Sequence record: MT710307.1
DNA: 64,000 bases
Reading direction: 5' to 3' (one strand)
In this document: piece by piece, positions 1-9,928 of the stretch
Position numbering within the stretch: the first letter of the stretch is position 1
Layout: each line of letters begins with the position of its first letter
Position numbers and translations under genes: made by a program
The notes under the pieces: generated by a model
The model's input: only the letters and a program-made list of their open reading frames with translations
Database searches by the model: none
What the model was told of the DNA's origin: nothing

Positions 1-42
1 GCACAAGCAATGGCCACCATGTGGACGGCCTGAGGGGATGAA

Positions 43-1569
43 ATGCAACAGTATTTCGAAGTGCCGTCACTTGATGTGACCATCCGCAAGGCGGTTATTG
101 ACGGCATCGTCTATCGATTATTAAACGAATCGGGGATGGACAAGTCCGACGCAGTCTTCTTAGACTCGTTCAACACAGCCCACCAACCCGGCTCGACGCT
201 CGGTGATGCAACCGATGTGGAATACGCCTCGACCGATCGCGTCTACGTTGAAGTGGACGAAGAACGTGATGAGATGGCACGCATCAATCGCGGTGTGGGT
301 CTGAACATTGAACTGCCGTTCTTCCACGATGAAACCAACGGCATTAAAGCGTGGCCGATTCGTACCAAATACAAAGTCACCATCACCTTCCGCCGTAACG
401 CCCAGTCTGAGGACGAGCTGTTACGCTGGACAAACCGTTTGAACAGTTTACTGGACATGGGTCGCTATTCATTAGTGACGGAGTCCGAAGCCTACTTCGT
501 GATTCCTAAGCCCCTGTTCAATCTGCTTAATGCCTGTTGGGTCGCTTCTGAAACCCGTGTGCCCGTGTATCCTACGTTTAAGGAATATCTGGCTGCCAAC
601 TTCGAAGAGACGGTTGGGGTGGTGGCCAACGACAGTGGTGGTCAGCAAACGTTGATGGTGCGGTATTCACCGACCCGTGTGGAGATGGTGTACGATGTCA
701 ACCCTCCGGCATGGAATAAGGAAGAGAACCACTACGAAGCCACGATGACCGCAAACTTCGAATACGACCGTCCGGAAGAAGTCGGGTGTGTCTATCCGTA
801 CATCATCAACCAAACGCCCCTGCCGGATGTGTTCTTCCCACACATTGACCCACCGTGGATGGAAAACGAAGACGGGGTCGAGCGTAGCGACGTGCAGACG
901 TCCTTTGACGGGACGTGGTGGCAGAACGAACGGCGTGAGCTGATTCGCCTGCCGTACCTGTTGTGCCCACCCGAACAGCTCCACCGTATTCACTCCCCAC
1001 TCGAGGCAAAACTCCTGCGGATGTTTGGGACGGATGTGTGCTTCGGTGAGGAGAACATGTCGAACCCGGTGGTGATGTCAACTTCTGACTTGCCGTATGA
1101 GTGGAACCCGGTACTGCTGCCGTATATCGAGCACTGCCGCACGATTGACCCGACGGGGATGACGGGTGTGTTCCGTACCGAGCTGTTTGAAAACGGCTTA
1201 CGTATCGAACCCCGGTTGTACCACTGGCAGGATGATGAGTTCTCCTTAACCCGTGAGATGGATGTGCACAAAGCCTACTTCCTGACCGAGTCAGTGATTT
1301 ACGACTGGCGGGGATTAGACCTGTGGCCGCTCCAGAAATACCCGAAGGCCGCAGAGCTGCTCATCAAGTGGTTGTTCCCGAATCTGGACTTCCCGGATTG
1401 GTGGTGGGATTTACCGACGCTCCCGCCGAGTGCGTGGGAAGAGATAGAAGACAAAACCACCCAAGACGAGACCGGTGCAGGCACCAACCGCAAGCATTTG
1501 CTGCTGACTGTCTTTAACACCACCATCATTGCAATACGAGGTACTTCGAATGCTGCAAGCGAAGGGTAA
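43..1569 (+). CDS. Putative virion structural protein (phiKZ-like, 508 aa; possibly neck/tail-completion type)
   Basis: Long ORF with RBS (GAGGGG); first of a coupled run of large ORFs in a jumbo-phage structural region. Function inferred from context only. Confidence 0.5.
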   Translation: MQQYFEVPSLDVTIRKAVIDGIVYRLLNESGMDKSDAVFLDSFNTAHQPGSTLGDATDVEYASTDRVYVEVDEERDEMARINRGVGLNIELPFFHDETNGIKAWPIRTKYKVTITFRRNAQSEDELLRWTNRLNSLLDMGRYSLVTESEAYFVIPKPLFNLLNACWVASETRVPVYPTFKEYLAANFEETVGVVANDSGGQQTLMVRYSPTRVEMVYDVNPPAWNKEENHYEATMTANFEYDRPEEVGCVYPYIINQTPLPDVFFPHIDPPWMENEDGVERSDVQTSFDGTWWQNERRELIRLPYLLCPPEQLHRIHSPLEAKLLRMFGTDVCFGEENMSNPVVMSTSDLPYEWNPVLLPYIEHCRTIDPTGMTGVFRTELFENGLRIEPRLYHWQDDEFSLTREMDVHKAYFLTESVIYDWRGLDLWPLQKYPKAAELLIKWLFPNLDFPDWWWDLPTLPPSAWEEIEDKTTQDETGAGTNRKHLLLTVFNTTIIAIRGTSNAASEG

Positions 1570-2881
1570 GGGTAAAACCACATTCGAGCCGGTTAAGACG
1601 GAACCCGAATACCTGAATCAGGCTCAAGACGGCGTCAAGGAAAAAACCAACATCGTCACAGAGCCCACCAGAACCACTGTAGTCGATTTAGAGCGTACGC
1701 CTGCCGTTAACCTGCTTCCTGTCGTTGAAGGCTCCTCATGGCCGTTGCTGGCGTATTATCGCCGGTTAATGGGCAAGAACGACCCGAAGATGTTGTTCGA
1801 CCCGAAACAGGACACGCCGGTACAACAATACGACTGCATCCACTATCTGGAGCTGCGGGTTAACAGCCCCTTGTCGCGTGACCAAGACGGGGGCAACAAA
1901 ACCTTCACCATGTCGGGCAGTGCCACCATGGCCACGTCCGTGGTACCGAACGAGAACGACATCTTCACGGCCTCCCTTGGAGATAACCGCGTCGGTATCT
2001 TTAACGTCACCAACACCACCCGTAATTCGAACAACAAGGTTGCCACTTATTCCATCGAGTACACCCTACTCTTTGAAATGACACCTGCCCACAAAGCCAT
2101 TCTGGACAAGTGTACGGCCCACGAGTTCTATTACGTTAAGGAGCGTGCGTATACCGGCGGTGACACTTTACTCACCCCGAACGAGTACAACGCGTACTTG
2201 GCACTCGGTGAGCATGTCAAAGGGATTGAGGAGACGTACCTGCGCCGTTTCTTTAACGAGGACGCGCAAACGATTCTCTTCCCGGATGACCGTTACGGGT
2301 ATGCCTACGATGTGTTCTTGGCGCAGTTCGTGCGGGACATTGGCTTGCGTATGGTGGGTAAAGATGTGCGCATCTATCCACACCCAACCAAACCGATTCG
2401 CGATATCGAAACGTTGTTCACGGTCATCATCGCCCAACAGCCCCTGTTCCTGCAAGACGTCAATCGCAAGAACAAAGGGTTGTCGGTGCGATCGTTCCGT
2501 ACCATGCAGACGTACAACAACGTGGGGTGGTCGAAGATTGCGGTGACACGCTACTTCTCTGACGATGCACCGTTACGTCAAATGCCTGCGGAGTGGCCGA
2601 AGTTCGATAACTTTACCAGTGACGATGTGTTGCTGGAAGGGTCGAATGAAACGGTGCCGGGCTTCCTGCCGTTAACGTACACGCCCTACCTGTTGACCGA
2701 GGTGTTCTACAACGGCGGTTACAGCTCTGGACTGGAGTATGCGCTACAGCAGTACCTGAACAAACAACCGCTTTCCACAAAGCTGGCGCTGGATTTGGCA
2801 AAGCAGGTTCACAAGCTGCCGAAGAACGCGCAACTCTATTACGTACCACTGGTGTACGTATTGTTGAAATACGCGAGGTAA
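1550..2881 (+). CDS. Putative virion structural protein (about 443 aa)
   Basis: ATG at 1550 with GAGGT RBS, overlaps upstream gene end; no catalytic motif seen. Confidence 0.5.
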   Translation: MLQAKGKGKTTFEPVKTEPEYLNQAQDGVKEKTNIVTEPTRTTVVDLERTPAVNLLPVVEGSSWPLLAYYRRLMGKNDPKMLFDPKQDTPVQQYDCIHYLELRVNSPLSRDQDGGNKTFTMSGSATMATSVVPNENDIFTASLGDNRVGIFNVTNTTRNSNNKVATYSIEYTLLFEMTPAHKAILDKCTAHEFYYVKERAYTGGDTLLTPNEYNAYLALGEHVKGIEETYLRRFFNEDAQTILFPDDRYGYAYDVFLAQFVRDIGLRMVGKDVRIYPHPTKPIRDIETLFTVIIAQQPLFLQDVNRKNKGLSVRSFRTMQTYNNVGWSKIAVTRYFSDDAPLRQMPAEWPKFDNFTSDDVLLEGSNETVPGFLPLTYTPYLLTEVFYNGGYSSGLEYALQQYLNKQPLSTKLALDLAKQVHKLPKNAQLYYVPLVYVLLKYAR

Positions 2882-2884
2882 GGC

Positions 2885-3427
2885 ATGAGCACGCAGAACA
2901 AGACTGCGGCATTCCACCTGTTCCATTCGTGGGTCGGGTGGCGTATCCCGGAGTATTCTACCCTGACCGCGTATGCGACGCAGGAGTATGGTTTGTTTCT
3001 TCCTGAGGACAAACAGAAAGCCCGCGCTATCCTGTTGAACAAAAAGTTCGTGATGTACCGTCCCTTCGAGATTGCCCAGTATCTGGCAACCGGGGGTGCG
3101 TTAGACATTAACGATCCGCAAGACGGGATTAAGGTGTACGGCTGGATAATGGAGCACTTGGCGAACTGGATTAAGCATATCGAGACGCCACAGCTGATTC
3201 CACAACCTATCCCCATCGTGGGGCTGCGTGAATTCAACGTGCTCGCCAACAAACTCTTCCCCGTGGCAAACCGTTATGGTTACTTCAAAAAACCCGAAGC
3301 CACCATGGCGGATGCGGTAGCGTCGTTGTTCGGGGAAGTGAAGTTGACGCAGCAACAACACCGGTTTAACGATACGCTGATTAAACGCATCGAAGCCGGG
3401 TACCGTAAACGTGGAGGTAAACGGTAA
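2885..3427 (+). CDS. Hypothetical protein (180 aa)
   Basis: Coupled ORF, AAGG RBS, TAATG overlap with next gene. Confidence 0.7.
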   Translation: MSTQNKTAAFHLFHSWVGWRIPEYSTLTAYATQEYGLFLPEDKQKARAILLNKKFVMYRPFEIAQYLATGGALDINDPQDGIKVYGWIMEHLANWIKHIETPQLIPQPIPIVGLREFNVLANKLFPVANRYGYFKKPEATMADAVASLFGEVKLTQQQHRFNDTLIKRIEAGYRKRGGKR

Positions 3428-4731
3428 TGGCCTATGGTCGCTTTCAACAGATTGTAAACTACCACATCGCGCAAGCGGCCGGATTGCCTCCCGTCGAGTA
3501 CAACGCGGTGGTCACCGTGAGAGGGATTCCCCTGACGGTGATTCGTGTGCACTCCCTGATCCACTCCGGGAACTTCTTCGAAGACATCACGACCCTGACC
3601 CATTTGACGTTGGTGGTACCGTTCTCGCAAATGCGTATCGCCACCGCAAATTCCGACGGGGACTTAAAGGTGCAGATTACCTTGCGCAGCGCCAACCGCT
3701 TACTCGCCACGTACGCCTATCGCGGTATCGTGGTAAGCAACCGTGACCCGGACATGGAAGCCCAAACCATGTTCTCCGGTCAGTCGGATGAGAAAGCGAT
3801 TGCCTTCGTCACGTTTGAGCTGATGGATGAGTCCATCTGGTTCTTGCGTCTGCGTAACGTCAAGGTACGTCACCAAGAAACGGATGCCTTAACAGTCGCC
3901 CGTGCTATCTTGGCAGACACGCTGCCTGACTCGTCCAACGAAGGGGAAGTCTTGTCGCTTGCCTACGAGAAAGAAGAACAGCAACTTTACCGTAACATCA
4001 TTCTGCCGGACAGCACGACCTTTATGGAAGTGTTTGATAAGTTGCAAGAACGTTATGGTATCTACAGCAAAGGGTTGGGCGTCTACCAACATTTGCGTCG
4101 CTGGTATCTGTATCAATTGTGGGACGAAGAGAAGTTCAACACCGCAACCGAGAAGGTGGTCATCTATAACCTGCCCCGCGAAAAGGCAGCCCAGATAGAC
4201 AAGACCATCCACATCACGCCGGGTGTTCTGTACCTGATTACCGGTGGAGACACCACTACCGTTGTGAAGACGGACGAAAACGCTCTGAACCAAGGGACAG
4301 GTTACCGCGTCGGTTCTATCCGTGCGTTAGATAACCGTGCGTCGTCCTTTACACCGGGCGGTGTCAGTATGACCACGCCCGACAAGTTCGTCTCACAAGC
4401 GAATCCGGTGGACTACGCCGGAAAGGTGACGAATGCCCCGGTGGCCAAACAAGGCTTTACCGACAACGACAAACCGCTTCGGGCGAAGCTTGCCCGCTCA
4501 ACTGGCACCTTTATCAAAGTGACGTGGAACCGCGCTGCACACGGCCTCATTAAGCCGGGGATGGCGGTGAAGTATGTCTATGCCAATGAGTACGGCATTT
4601 ACAGTCGCTACGGTACCGTTGTGGGCGAGGTCTTCCAAGCCGGTCTGGACGGCGGGTCGATTGCCACTGCGAACCACAATACCCAATCAGAACTCACCCT
4701 CTGGTTAGGGAAACAAAAAAATACAGCATAG
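3427..4731 (+). CDS. Putative virion structural protein (434 aa), possibly baseplate hub-like
   Basis: Coupled ORF; beta-rich pattern; hub idea is inference only. Confidence 0.4.
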   Translation: MAYGRFQQIVNYHIAQAAGLPPVEYNAVVTVRGIPLTVIRVHSLIHSGNFFEDITTLTHLTLVVPFSQMRIATANSDGDLKVQITLRSANRLLATYAYRGIVVSNRDPDMEAQTMFSGQSDEKAIAFVTFELMDESIWFLRLRNVKVRHQETDALTVARAILADTLPDSSNEGEVLSLAYEKEEQQLYRNIILPDSTTFMEVFDKLQERYGIYSKGLGVYQHLRRWYLYQLWDEEKFNTATEKVVIYNLPREKAAQIDKTIHITPGVLYLITGGDTTTVVKTDENALNQGTGYRVGSIRALDNRASSFTPGGVSMTTPDKFVSQANPVDYAGKVTNAPVAKQGFTDNDKPLRAKLARSTGTFIKVTWNRAAHGLIKPGMAVKYVYANEYGIYSRYGTVVGEVFQAGLDGGSIATANHNTQSELTLWLGKQKNTA

Positions 4732-4768
4732 TGCCGTTCTATGCTAACGTAACCATAAGGACTTTGTA

Positions 4769-5566
4769 ATGAACTCAGTTTACGCCCTCCGCCTACCTGG
4801 TCAACTTATCCAGGAGATTGAAGCCCACGAACAGAAAAACTTTAGCCGCCCATCGAACCTGTGGGATCGTATCGTTAAAGTTTTACCGCGTGACGGCGAA
4901 ATCGCACTGTTGTACGTCATGGCGTCCAGCCTTGATGCCAACGTGGCTATCATTTATACCCAAAATGGTGTGGAGCAATGTCGTCAGCTGCCGATTAGTG
5001 AAAAAGGCTCTCTGGGCCAACTGCTGTTCCTGCACTGCATGACCACCCTCCCGGTTTGGTCTGCACTGCGTGGCCAGTACGATTTCGAATACATCTACTT
5101 CTACGGCCAGAAGCTGTCCAACGACATCATCGTTGGTGACCAGTCGACCTACCCGCGTTATGTTGAGCGTATCACGCCGCAAGACACCGTCGATGCCGGT
5201 GACTACGAATTCAACATGTTCCGCTTCCAGATGGTCGGCGAATCCCGTGACCCGCAGAACACCGTGGCGATGCGTGCGGCAATTCGTTGTGTGGCGCGCT
5301 CAACTACCCGTGAGCTGTCAACCAACATCAACGAGATCTTCCCGGTGCTGCAATACGGCCCACTGATCACGTTCAACTCCTACGTGCCATTCCCGTGCCA
5401 GATTCTGACACCGTACGATAACGAGTGTACACTCGGTGCGGCGAAAGAATACGGCCTGCATGCACAGGACGCTGTGATCGCCATCAGCGATGAACGTATT
5501 GTCATCAACTCACTGCAAGGTGTGCAGGTCATGGACGTGCCGCCGATGACCGTGATGGGGCAATAA
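4769..5566 (+). CDS. Hypothetical protein (265 aa)
   Basis: AAGGA RBS, phage-like codon usage, followed by hairpin. Confidence 0.75.
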   Translation: MNSVYALRLPGQLIQEIEAHEQKNFSRPSNLWDRIVKVLPRDGEIALLYVMASSLDANVAIIYTQNGVEQCRQLPISEKGSLGQLLFLHCMTTLPVWSALRGQYDFEYIYFYGQKLSNDIIVGDQSTYPRYVERITPQDTVDAGDYEFNMFRFQMVGESRDPQNTVAMRAAIRCVARSTTRELSTNINEIFPVLQYGPLITFNSYVPFPCQILTPYDNECTLGAAKEYGLHAQDAVIAISDERIVINSLQGVQVMDVPPMTVMGQ

Positions 5567-5576
5567 AAGAAAAATG

Positions 5577-5600
5577 ATCCGACCTCGCAAGGGGTCGGAT
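5577..5600. terminator. Intrinsic terminator-like hairpin (GCAA loop)
   Basis: ATCCGACCTC-GCAA-GGGGTCGGAT, A-tract upstream, T-rich downstream. Confidence 0.7.
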
Positions 5601-5701
5601 ATTCTTATTAAAATGACCTCCTAGGCGTTTAGCCATAAAGGCTGGTCATTTATTGTCTTGTGCGCTACAAGCGCTTAGAAAGCTTCTGAGGGCGTTTAAA
5701 C

Positions 5702-6106
5702 GTGATAATTGAAATGCGTAAAAGAAAAACGAAGGATAAAGTCCCGACAACACACCGGTTTGAACCGTTTACCTTCCTCCCCACCGCCGATTCAGATGCC
5801 TTGATTGTCGAGGGCATTGAAACCGATCCCATGAAGATTCGGGAGTACATCCACCGTAGACGCAGGCAGATGATCGTGCATTCGGTTATCTATTACCGGA
5901 TGGATGAAAATGTGATTCCAGACACTCTATGGCAAGAGTGGGCAAACCAACTGGCAGCCGTCCAAAATAACTATCCCCAATATACTGACCTCGGATTTCA
6001 TGATGAGTTGTTCGTGGATTGGGATGGGTCGACGGGGATGCATTTAGATTTGCCGGAATACTACGGTGTGGCACTTTCCATCATCAGAATGGCGCAGTCG
6101 TACTAA
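5702..6106 (+). CDS. Stand-alone NAD+-dependent DNA ligase domain Ia-like protein
   Basis: HSVIYYRMDENVIPDTLWQEWANQL resembles LigA N-terminal H..LYY..D.P.I.D..YD.L; no KxDG adenylation motif in the 134 aa. Confidence 0.65.
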   Translation: MIIEMRKRKTKDKVPTTHRFEPFTFLPTADSDALIVEGIETDPMKIREYIHRRRRQMIVHSVIYYRMDENVIPDTLWQEWANQLAAVQNNYPQYTDLGFHDELFVDWDGSTGMHLDLPEYYGVALSIIRMAQSY

Positions 6107-6115
6107 AAATAATCT

Positions 6116-6143
6116 CAGATATATATTACCTAGGTGAGAGTTG
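6116..6143 (+). promoter_or_regulatory. Putative early (virion RNAP) promoter
   Basis: CAGATATATATTACCTAGGTGAGAGTTG contains TATATTAC, the phiKZ early-promoter core as I recall it; identical 28-mer at 53750. Confidence 0.75.
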
Positions 6144-6182
6144 TACAATAATCCTTAACTAATTACATATCTGGAGATACCT

Positions 6183-6362
6183 ATGAATACTTTAGAACGC
6201 ATTGCTGCTGCACGCAAAGCTCGCATCACTGAAAACAACCCACACGGCTATCAGTCCGAACAACTTCGTCGCACTGATGAAGTTCTGACCCGTAGCATTA
6301 AAGAAGGCAAGAAGGTCGACGATACTCTGGCCAGCGCCATGGACCGTCTGAACAAATTCTAA
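6183..6362 (+). CDS. Small early protein (59 aa; not in ORF track)
   Basis: Hand translation MNTLERIAAARKARITENNPHGYQSEQLRRTDEVLTRSIKEGKKVDDTLASAMDRLNKF; GGAG RBS; directly after promoter. Confidence 0.75.
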   Translation: MNTLERIAAARKARITENNPHGYQSEQLRRTDEVLTRSIKEGKKVDDTLASAMDRLNKF

Positions 6363-6398
6363 TTCCACCATTTCCAATCGACTATCGAGGACCACATC

Positions 6399-6536
6399 AT
6401 GTTCAAACACAAACGCGCTATTCTGACCATCGTCGCCATCATGACCTTCGGCTCACTGTACTTATCTGTTTCTACCGACTATGACACCTGCCGCGCTAAC
6501 GGGAACTCCGTTAGTCAGTGCACTGGTCGTGGTTAA
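6399..6536 (+). CDS. Small membrane/secreted protein with Cys pair (45 aa; not in ORF track)
   Basis: MFKHKRAILTIVAIMTFGSLYLSVSTDYDTCRANGNSVSQCTGRG; GAGG RBS. Confidence 0.7.
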   Translation: MFKHKRAILTIVAIMTFGSLYLSVSTDYDTCRANGNSVSQCTGRG

Positions 6537-6546
6537 GGACATTGTA

Positions 6547-6795
6547 ATGAAAATGCCAACTCTGAAAGAAATCATTCGTGCCGGTGAAAGAGAACAAACT
6601 CGAACCGACAACGAAGTAATCAATGGTTTGGAATACGAGTTCATTCCATTCCACAGCCCACGTTACGAGCGTATCTTCGGCACCACCGAGAATCGCGACG
6701 GAACAATCAACTGGCCAGAGCCACCGAGTAGTCTCAAGCGTGTTACACGCAATGGGATGGAAGGTGTGCTCTTTCCTGTACCAAAGAAATCGTGA
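6547..6795 (+). CDS. Hypothetical protein (82 aa)
   Basis: ATG at 6547 after AAGGA; track ORF 6481 is an upstream extension. Confidence 0.7.
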   Translation: MKMPTLKEIIRAGEREQTRTDNEVINGLEYEFIPFHSPRYERIFGTTENRDGTINWPEPPSSLKRVTRNGMEGVLFPVPKKS

Positions 6796-6826
6796 AAAGG
6801 GGCCTTCGGGCTCCCTTTATTTTTTG
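6796..6826 (+). terminator. Intrinsic terminator (UUCG)
   Basis: AAAGGGGCC-TTCG-GGCTCCCTTT plus T-tract. Confidence 0.85.
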
Positions 6827-6846
6827 TTTACACAAGGACTATCAAG

Positions 6847-7563
6847 ATGACCCTGTTATTGAATCGCTTCGACCTGTCACCCCGTTACCCAACACTGCGC
6901 CATGACCCTAAACTGATTGCCGAAGTGGAAGACATCCGCTTGGCGGTATCCGAAGACCCGAACGGCGAAGACAAAGTTTTCGTGGTCATCTATAAAGGTC
7001 AGGTCATCTCTGGCGTCTCGTTCAGTAAGCCCGGCTATCCGCGCGATGAAGACAACCAACGTGAGCAACGTAACGCGGCATACACGGCGCTGAGCTATGC
7101 CTCATCTTACCTGATGGCCGTCACTCCTGTCTTTGCAGACCGGGCGGTACTGGTAGGTCGGATGGTCGCGTTGTACACCCTGACCAACATGGATGAGTTC
7201 TACAACGACGATCGCATCACGCAACGTCTGCAAGAAGACCCACGTAAAGCCCACAATGCTTCTGACTGCAAACTCGACGCCTTGGCGTTGCTGTCTGAGC
7301 TGTATCACGTCTGCCCCACCTTTGACAATAACGGCATCGTTGCCCAGTACGAAAACGTCAAACTGAACGTACTGGCTTTGTGGGGAATTGAAAAGATTCG
7401 CTACAAGCTGACCGCCAAAGGGGGGACGTATGAGCTGACCGCGTATGTCGATGTCGGCTTCGAAGAAGACAGCCGTGACACGGTTGACAATTTTATGTCG
7501 CAGTTTGAGTTCCCGCTGCAATCCATCCCTGTTGACCAGAAAGAAGAAGGAGAAGACGAATAA
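6847..7563 (+). CDS. Hypothetical protein (238 aa)
   Basis: AAGGA RBS, acidic C-terminus. Confidence 0.75.
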   Translation: MTLLLNRFDLSPRYPTLRHDPKLIAEVEDIRLAVSEDPNGEDKVFVVIYKGQVISGVSFSKPGYPRDEDNQREQRNAAYTALSYASSYLMAVTPVFADRAVLVGRMVALYTLTNMDEFYNDDRITQRLQEDPRKAHNASDCKLDALALLSELYHVCPTFDNNGIVAQYENVKLNVLALWGIEKIRYKLTAKGGTYELTAYVDVGFEEDSRDTVDNFMSQFEFPLQSIPVDQKEEGEDE

Positions 7564-7955
7564 TGCGAAAGAGTCGTCTGTTACTGGCGTTAAAGTTTTT
7601 GTTTAAAGGTAACATTTTTAAGTGTCGTCACCGTATGGGACGCGTGAAAGATTTCCTGTACGGCCCAAAGAAATACCACCTCACAGAGCCGCGTTGCCTG
7701 TGGGATGAGACACTCGACCACAAGTTCCGTGTGGTACGCTACCGCAGGGTATACTGCTGGTACGGAAGACTCTACTCACCATTTCGTCGGACTCACCACA
7801 AAGGTCTGGAGCTGGAAAACGGGGTTATCGTGCCCCATGAAACCATCGCAGATTATCTGGCCGCACTGAAAAAGGCTGATGAAGTGTTTCCCCAATTAGT
7901 CGCGAACCTGAGAAAGGCAACCGACGACTTGTGTAATTCACGCATCGAAGCCTAG
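7563..7955 (+). CDS. Hypothetical protein (130 aa)
   Basis: TAATG coupling; basic N-terminus. Confidence 0.7.
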   Translation: MRKSRLLLALKFLFKGNIFKCRHRMGRVKDFLYGPKKYHLTEPRCLWDETLDHKFRVVRYRRVYCWYGRLYSPFRRTHHKGLELENGVIVPHETIADYLAALKKADEVFPQLVANLRKATDDLCNSRIEA

Positions 7956-7960
7956 CTGTA

Positions 7961-7999
7961 CCCCCAACTTCTTCGGAGGTTGGGGTCTTTATTTATTTT
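7961..7999 (+). terminator. Intrinsic terminator (UUCG)
   Basis: CCCCAACTTC-TTCG-GAGGTTGGGG plus T-tract. Confidence 0.85.
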
Positions 8000-8069
8000 C
8001 GCAAAGAAAATAAAAGTCGGTTACTCCCCCGGCAAGGAGAGTAACCTTAATCACATTGGAGTAATCAAC

Positions 8070-8213
8070 ATGAACAACTTTCTTAACCACCTCAAGGCGA
8101 AACAGAAAAGCGCCGAGCAATACAACCAACGCGTGGCCGAGATACAACGTGCTCCAGCGCCCCGCACACGCCTTAAAGGCTTAGGGGGTGAAATAGTATT
8201 CACTAAACGGTAA
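8070..8213 (+). CDS. Small hypothetical protein (47 aa)
   Basis: GGAG RBS, ATG 8070 (MNNFLNHLKAKQKSAEQYNQR...). Confidence 0.65.
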   Translation: MNNFLNHLKAKQKSAEQYNQRVAEIQRAPAPRTRLKGLGGEIVFTKR

Positions 8214-8349
8214 TCGGTAAGATATGTAACCTAGCCGGTGTAACAGCACCGGCTAGTATTCCCACCATAGTAAGAAGCTTTATTTTTTTTGTCTCGGCAA
8301 GACACATAACTGCCCCTGCTGGAGACCGAAGTCTCCAGCTGAGTTAGGC

Positions 8350-9915
8350 TCAGAATAAATCGTCGCCCATGCCACCGGTAAAGTGGTTGATAGAGGATGC
8401 CGTCACGGTCATCTCTTTGTCGCAATCCCAAGGTAGGATGCCAACGTCTGCAAACGGTATAACAGTGTAATGATGTTTCTCATTGGTATCAATGATGGTA
8501 CGGTGTTTACCACGTTGCACTTCTAAGAAGCTGTGACCGTTGACCACACGCTTGTTGAAGTACACCTCACCATCGGCTTCGTTATCCAGACTCGTACAGT
8601 TGTCGTACAAGCCACGGCCGGGCAGGTTCTTACAGAAACCAACCGGGTCTACCGCTTTCAGACGTTTCCCTTCTGGAGAAATCTGATGCGGTGCTAACAG
8701 GAAACCGTGGTTACGCACGACCTGAATGTTTCGGGCCATACGGTAAATCTCTTTGATGTCACTGCCTGCAATCCCGTTACCGTGTCCCGCTTTGTTGATG
8801 GTGCCAAGGTAGTCAGCACGAATCCCAACAACGTGGAAGCCGTCACGTTTGTAGTCAGTGATAAGGTCGTTCAGGTAATGCACTTTGAAATCGGTGTTCG
8901 TGTGTTTCTCAAACGAGTATTCCCACCCGTTCGCACGAATCTTACCAATCAGGTAATCAGCCATTTCTTGAACATGAGCAGCACGTTCTTCATCGGTGGC
9001 CGTCTCAGGCAGGGTCATTACCGGCGCAGCGCCTTCAAAGTGACCGTAGATAGCCTGATAAGCGTAAGCGATGTTCACGTCCAGTTCGTTCTCAAGACTC
9101 AAGTCCAGAATCAATGGAGCTAAGTTACCTTTTACGTTCGCCATGACTTTTTCCGGTGTGTTAAACAACGGAACCGAGATAGCGGTCAAGAGACTAAACA
9201 GAGACTTACAGTTAAATGGCAGCGCAGGCATGAGCCACAATTCTTCGGTAATCCCTTTGTTACACCCCATCATTTGATTGATGGCTTTCCAACCGGTCTT
9301 CAAACCGTTACCGGCAACCTTACGGTTAATGTCGCTGAACGTCTTCACAAACGGTGCTCGGTCTGTGGTAATCAGCTTGTTCACCTGTGAAGGAATCTTA
9401 TTATGAGAACGTTCACCGAACGTGGCCATCGATCCCGTCAGATCTTTCAGCGCTGTCTGGAGGTCAACGCGGGTTTCTGTTCCGTTCAACACGCCAAGTG
9501 TACGACCAAGGTATTGCTTTAACTGCACGCCTTGGATTGCCTGACGCAATTGGAAATAATATTGGGAGAGGGTTTTGTTCAGATAGTCGACACGTTCTTC
9601 TTCGGCTTCCGGCAATTCCTCAGCATCCATGAATTTCACAATCACATCGTATAGAGGGCGTGTTTGCGTGGTTGCCAGTTTCAAGCGCTTCATGACATTG
9701 GTGTGGTTGTAATCCATACCACCGTCGATGACTGATGTTATAATGTCTTTGATTTCAGCTAATGCCGAGCGCTCGTCACCTTCTTCGACGTAATCGGGGA
9801 GCTTGACCTCGTGGAGCACTTTTCTTATGACGTCATGATCTTTATCGGGCTCAGACAGAAGGCTCTCTGCGTATAAGGCGGCTAAGGCTGTTATCAACAT
9901 CATTTTACTATTCAT
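8350..9915 (-). CDS. dnaB: DnaB-like replicative helicase (phiKZ-type)
   Basis: Walker A-like ALPFNCKS, Walker B IRADYLG, PHQIS and RGKHR SF4 motifs; position just before MCP as in phiKZ-like phages. Confidence 0.85.
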   Translation of the reverse strand: MNSKMMLITALAALYAESLLSEPDKDHDVIRKVLHEVKLPDYVEEGDERSALAEIKDIITSVIDGGMDYNHTNVMKRLKLATTQTRPLYDVIVKFMDAEELPEAEEERVDYLNKTLSQYYFQLRQAIQGVQLKQYLGRTLGVLNGTETRVDLQTALKDLTGSMATFGERSHNKIPSQVNKLITTDRAPFVKTFSDINRKVAGNGLKTGWKAINQMMGCNKGITEELWLMPALPFNCKSLFSLLTAISVPLFNTPEKVMANVKGNLAPLILDLSLENELDVNIAYAYQAIYGHFEGAAPVMTLPETATDEERAAHVQEMADYLIGKIRANGWEYSFEKHTNTDFKVHYLNDLITDYKRDGFHVVGIRADYLGTINKAGHGNGIAGSDIKEIYRMARNIQVVRNHGFLLAPHQISPEGKRLKAVDPVGFCKNLPGRGLYDNCTSLDNEADGEVYFNKRVVNGHSFLEVQRGKHRTIIDTNEKHHYTVIPFADVGILPWDCDKEMTVTASSINHFTGGMGDDLF

Positions 9916-9928
9916 GGAGCATCCTTCA

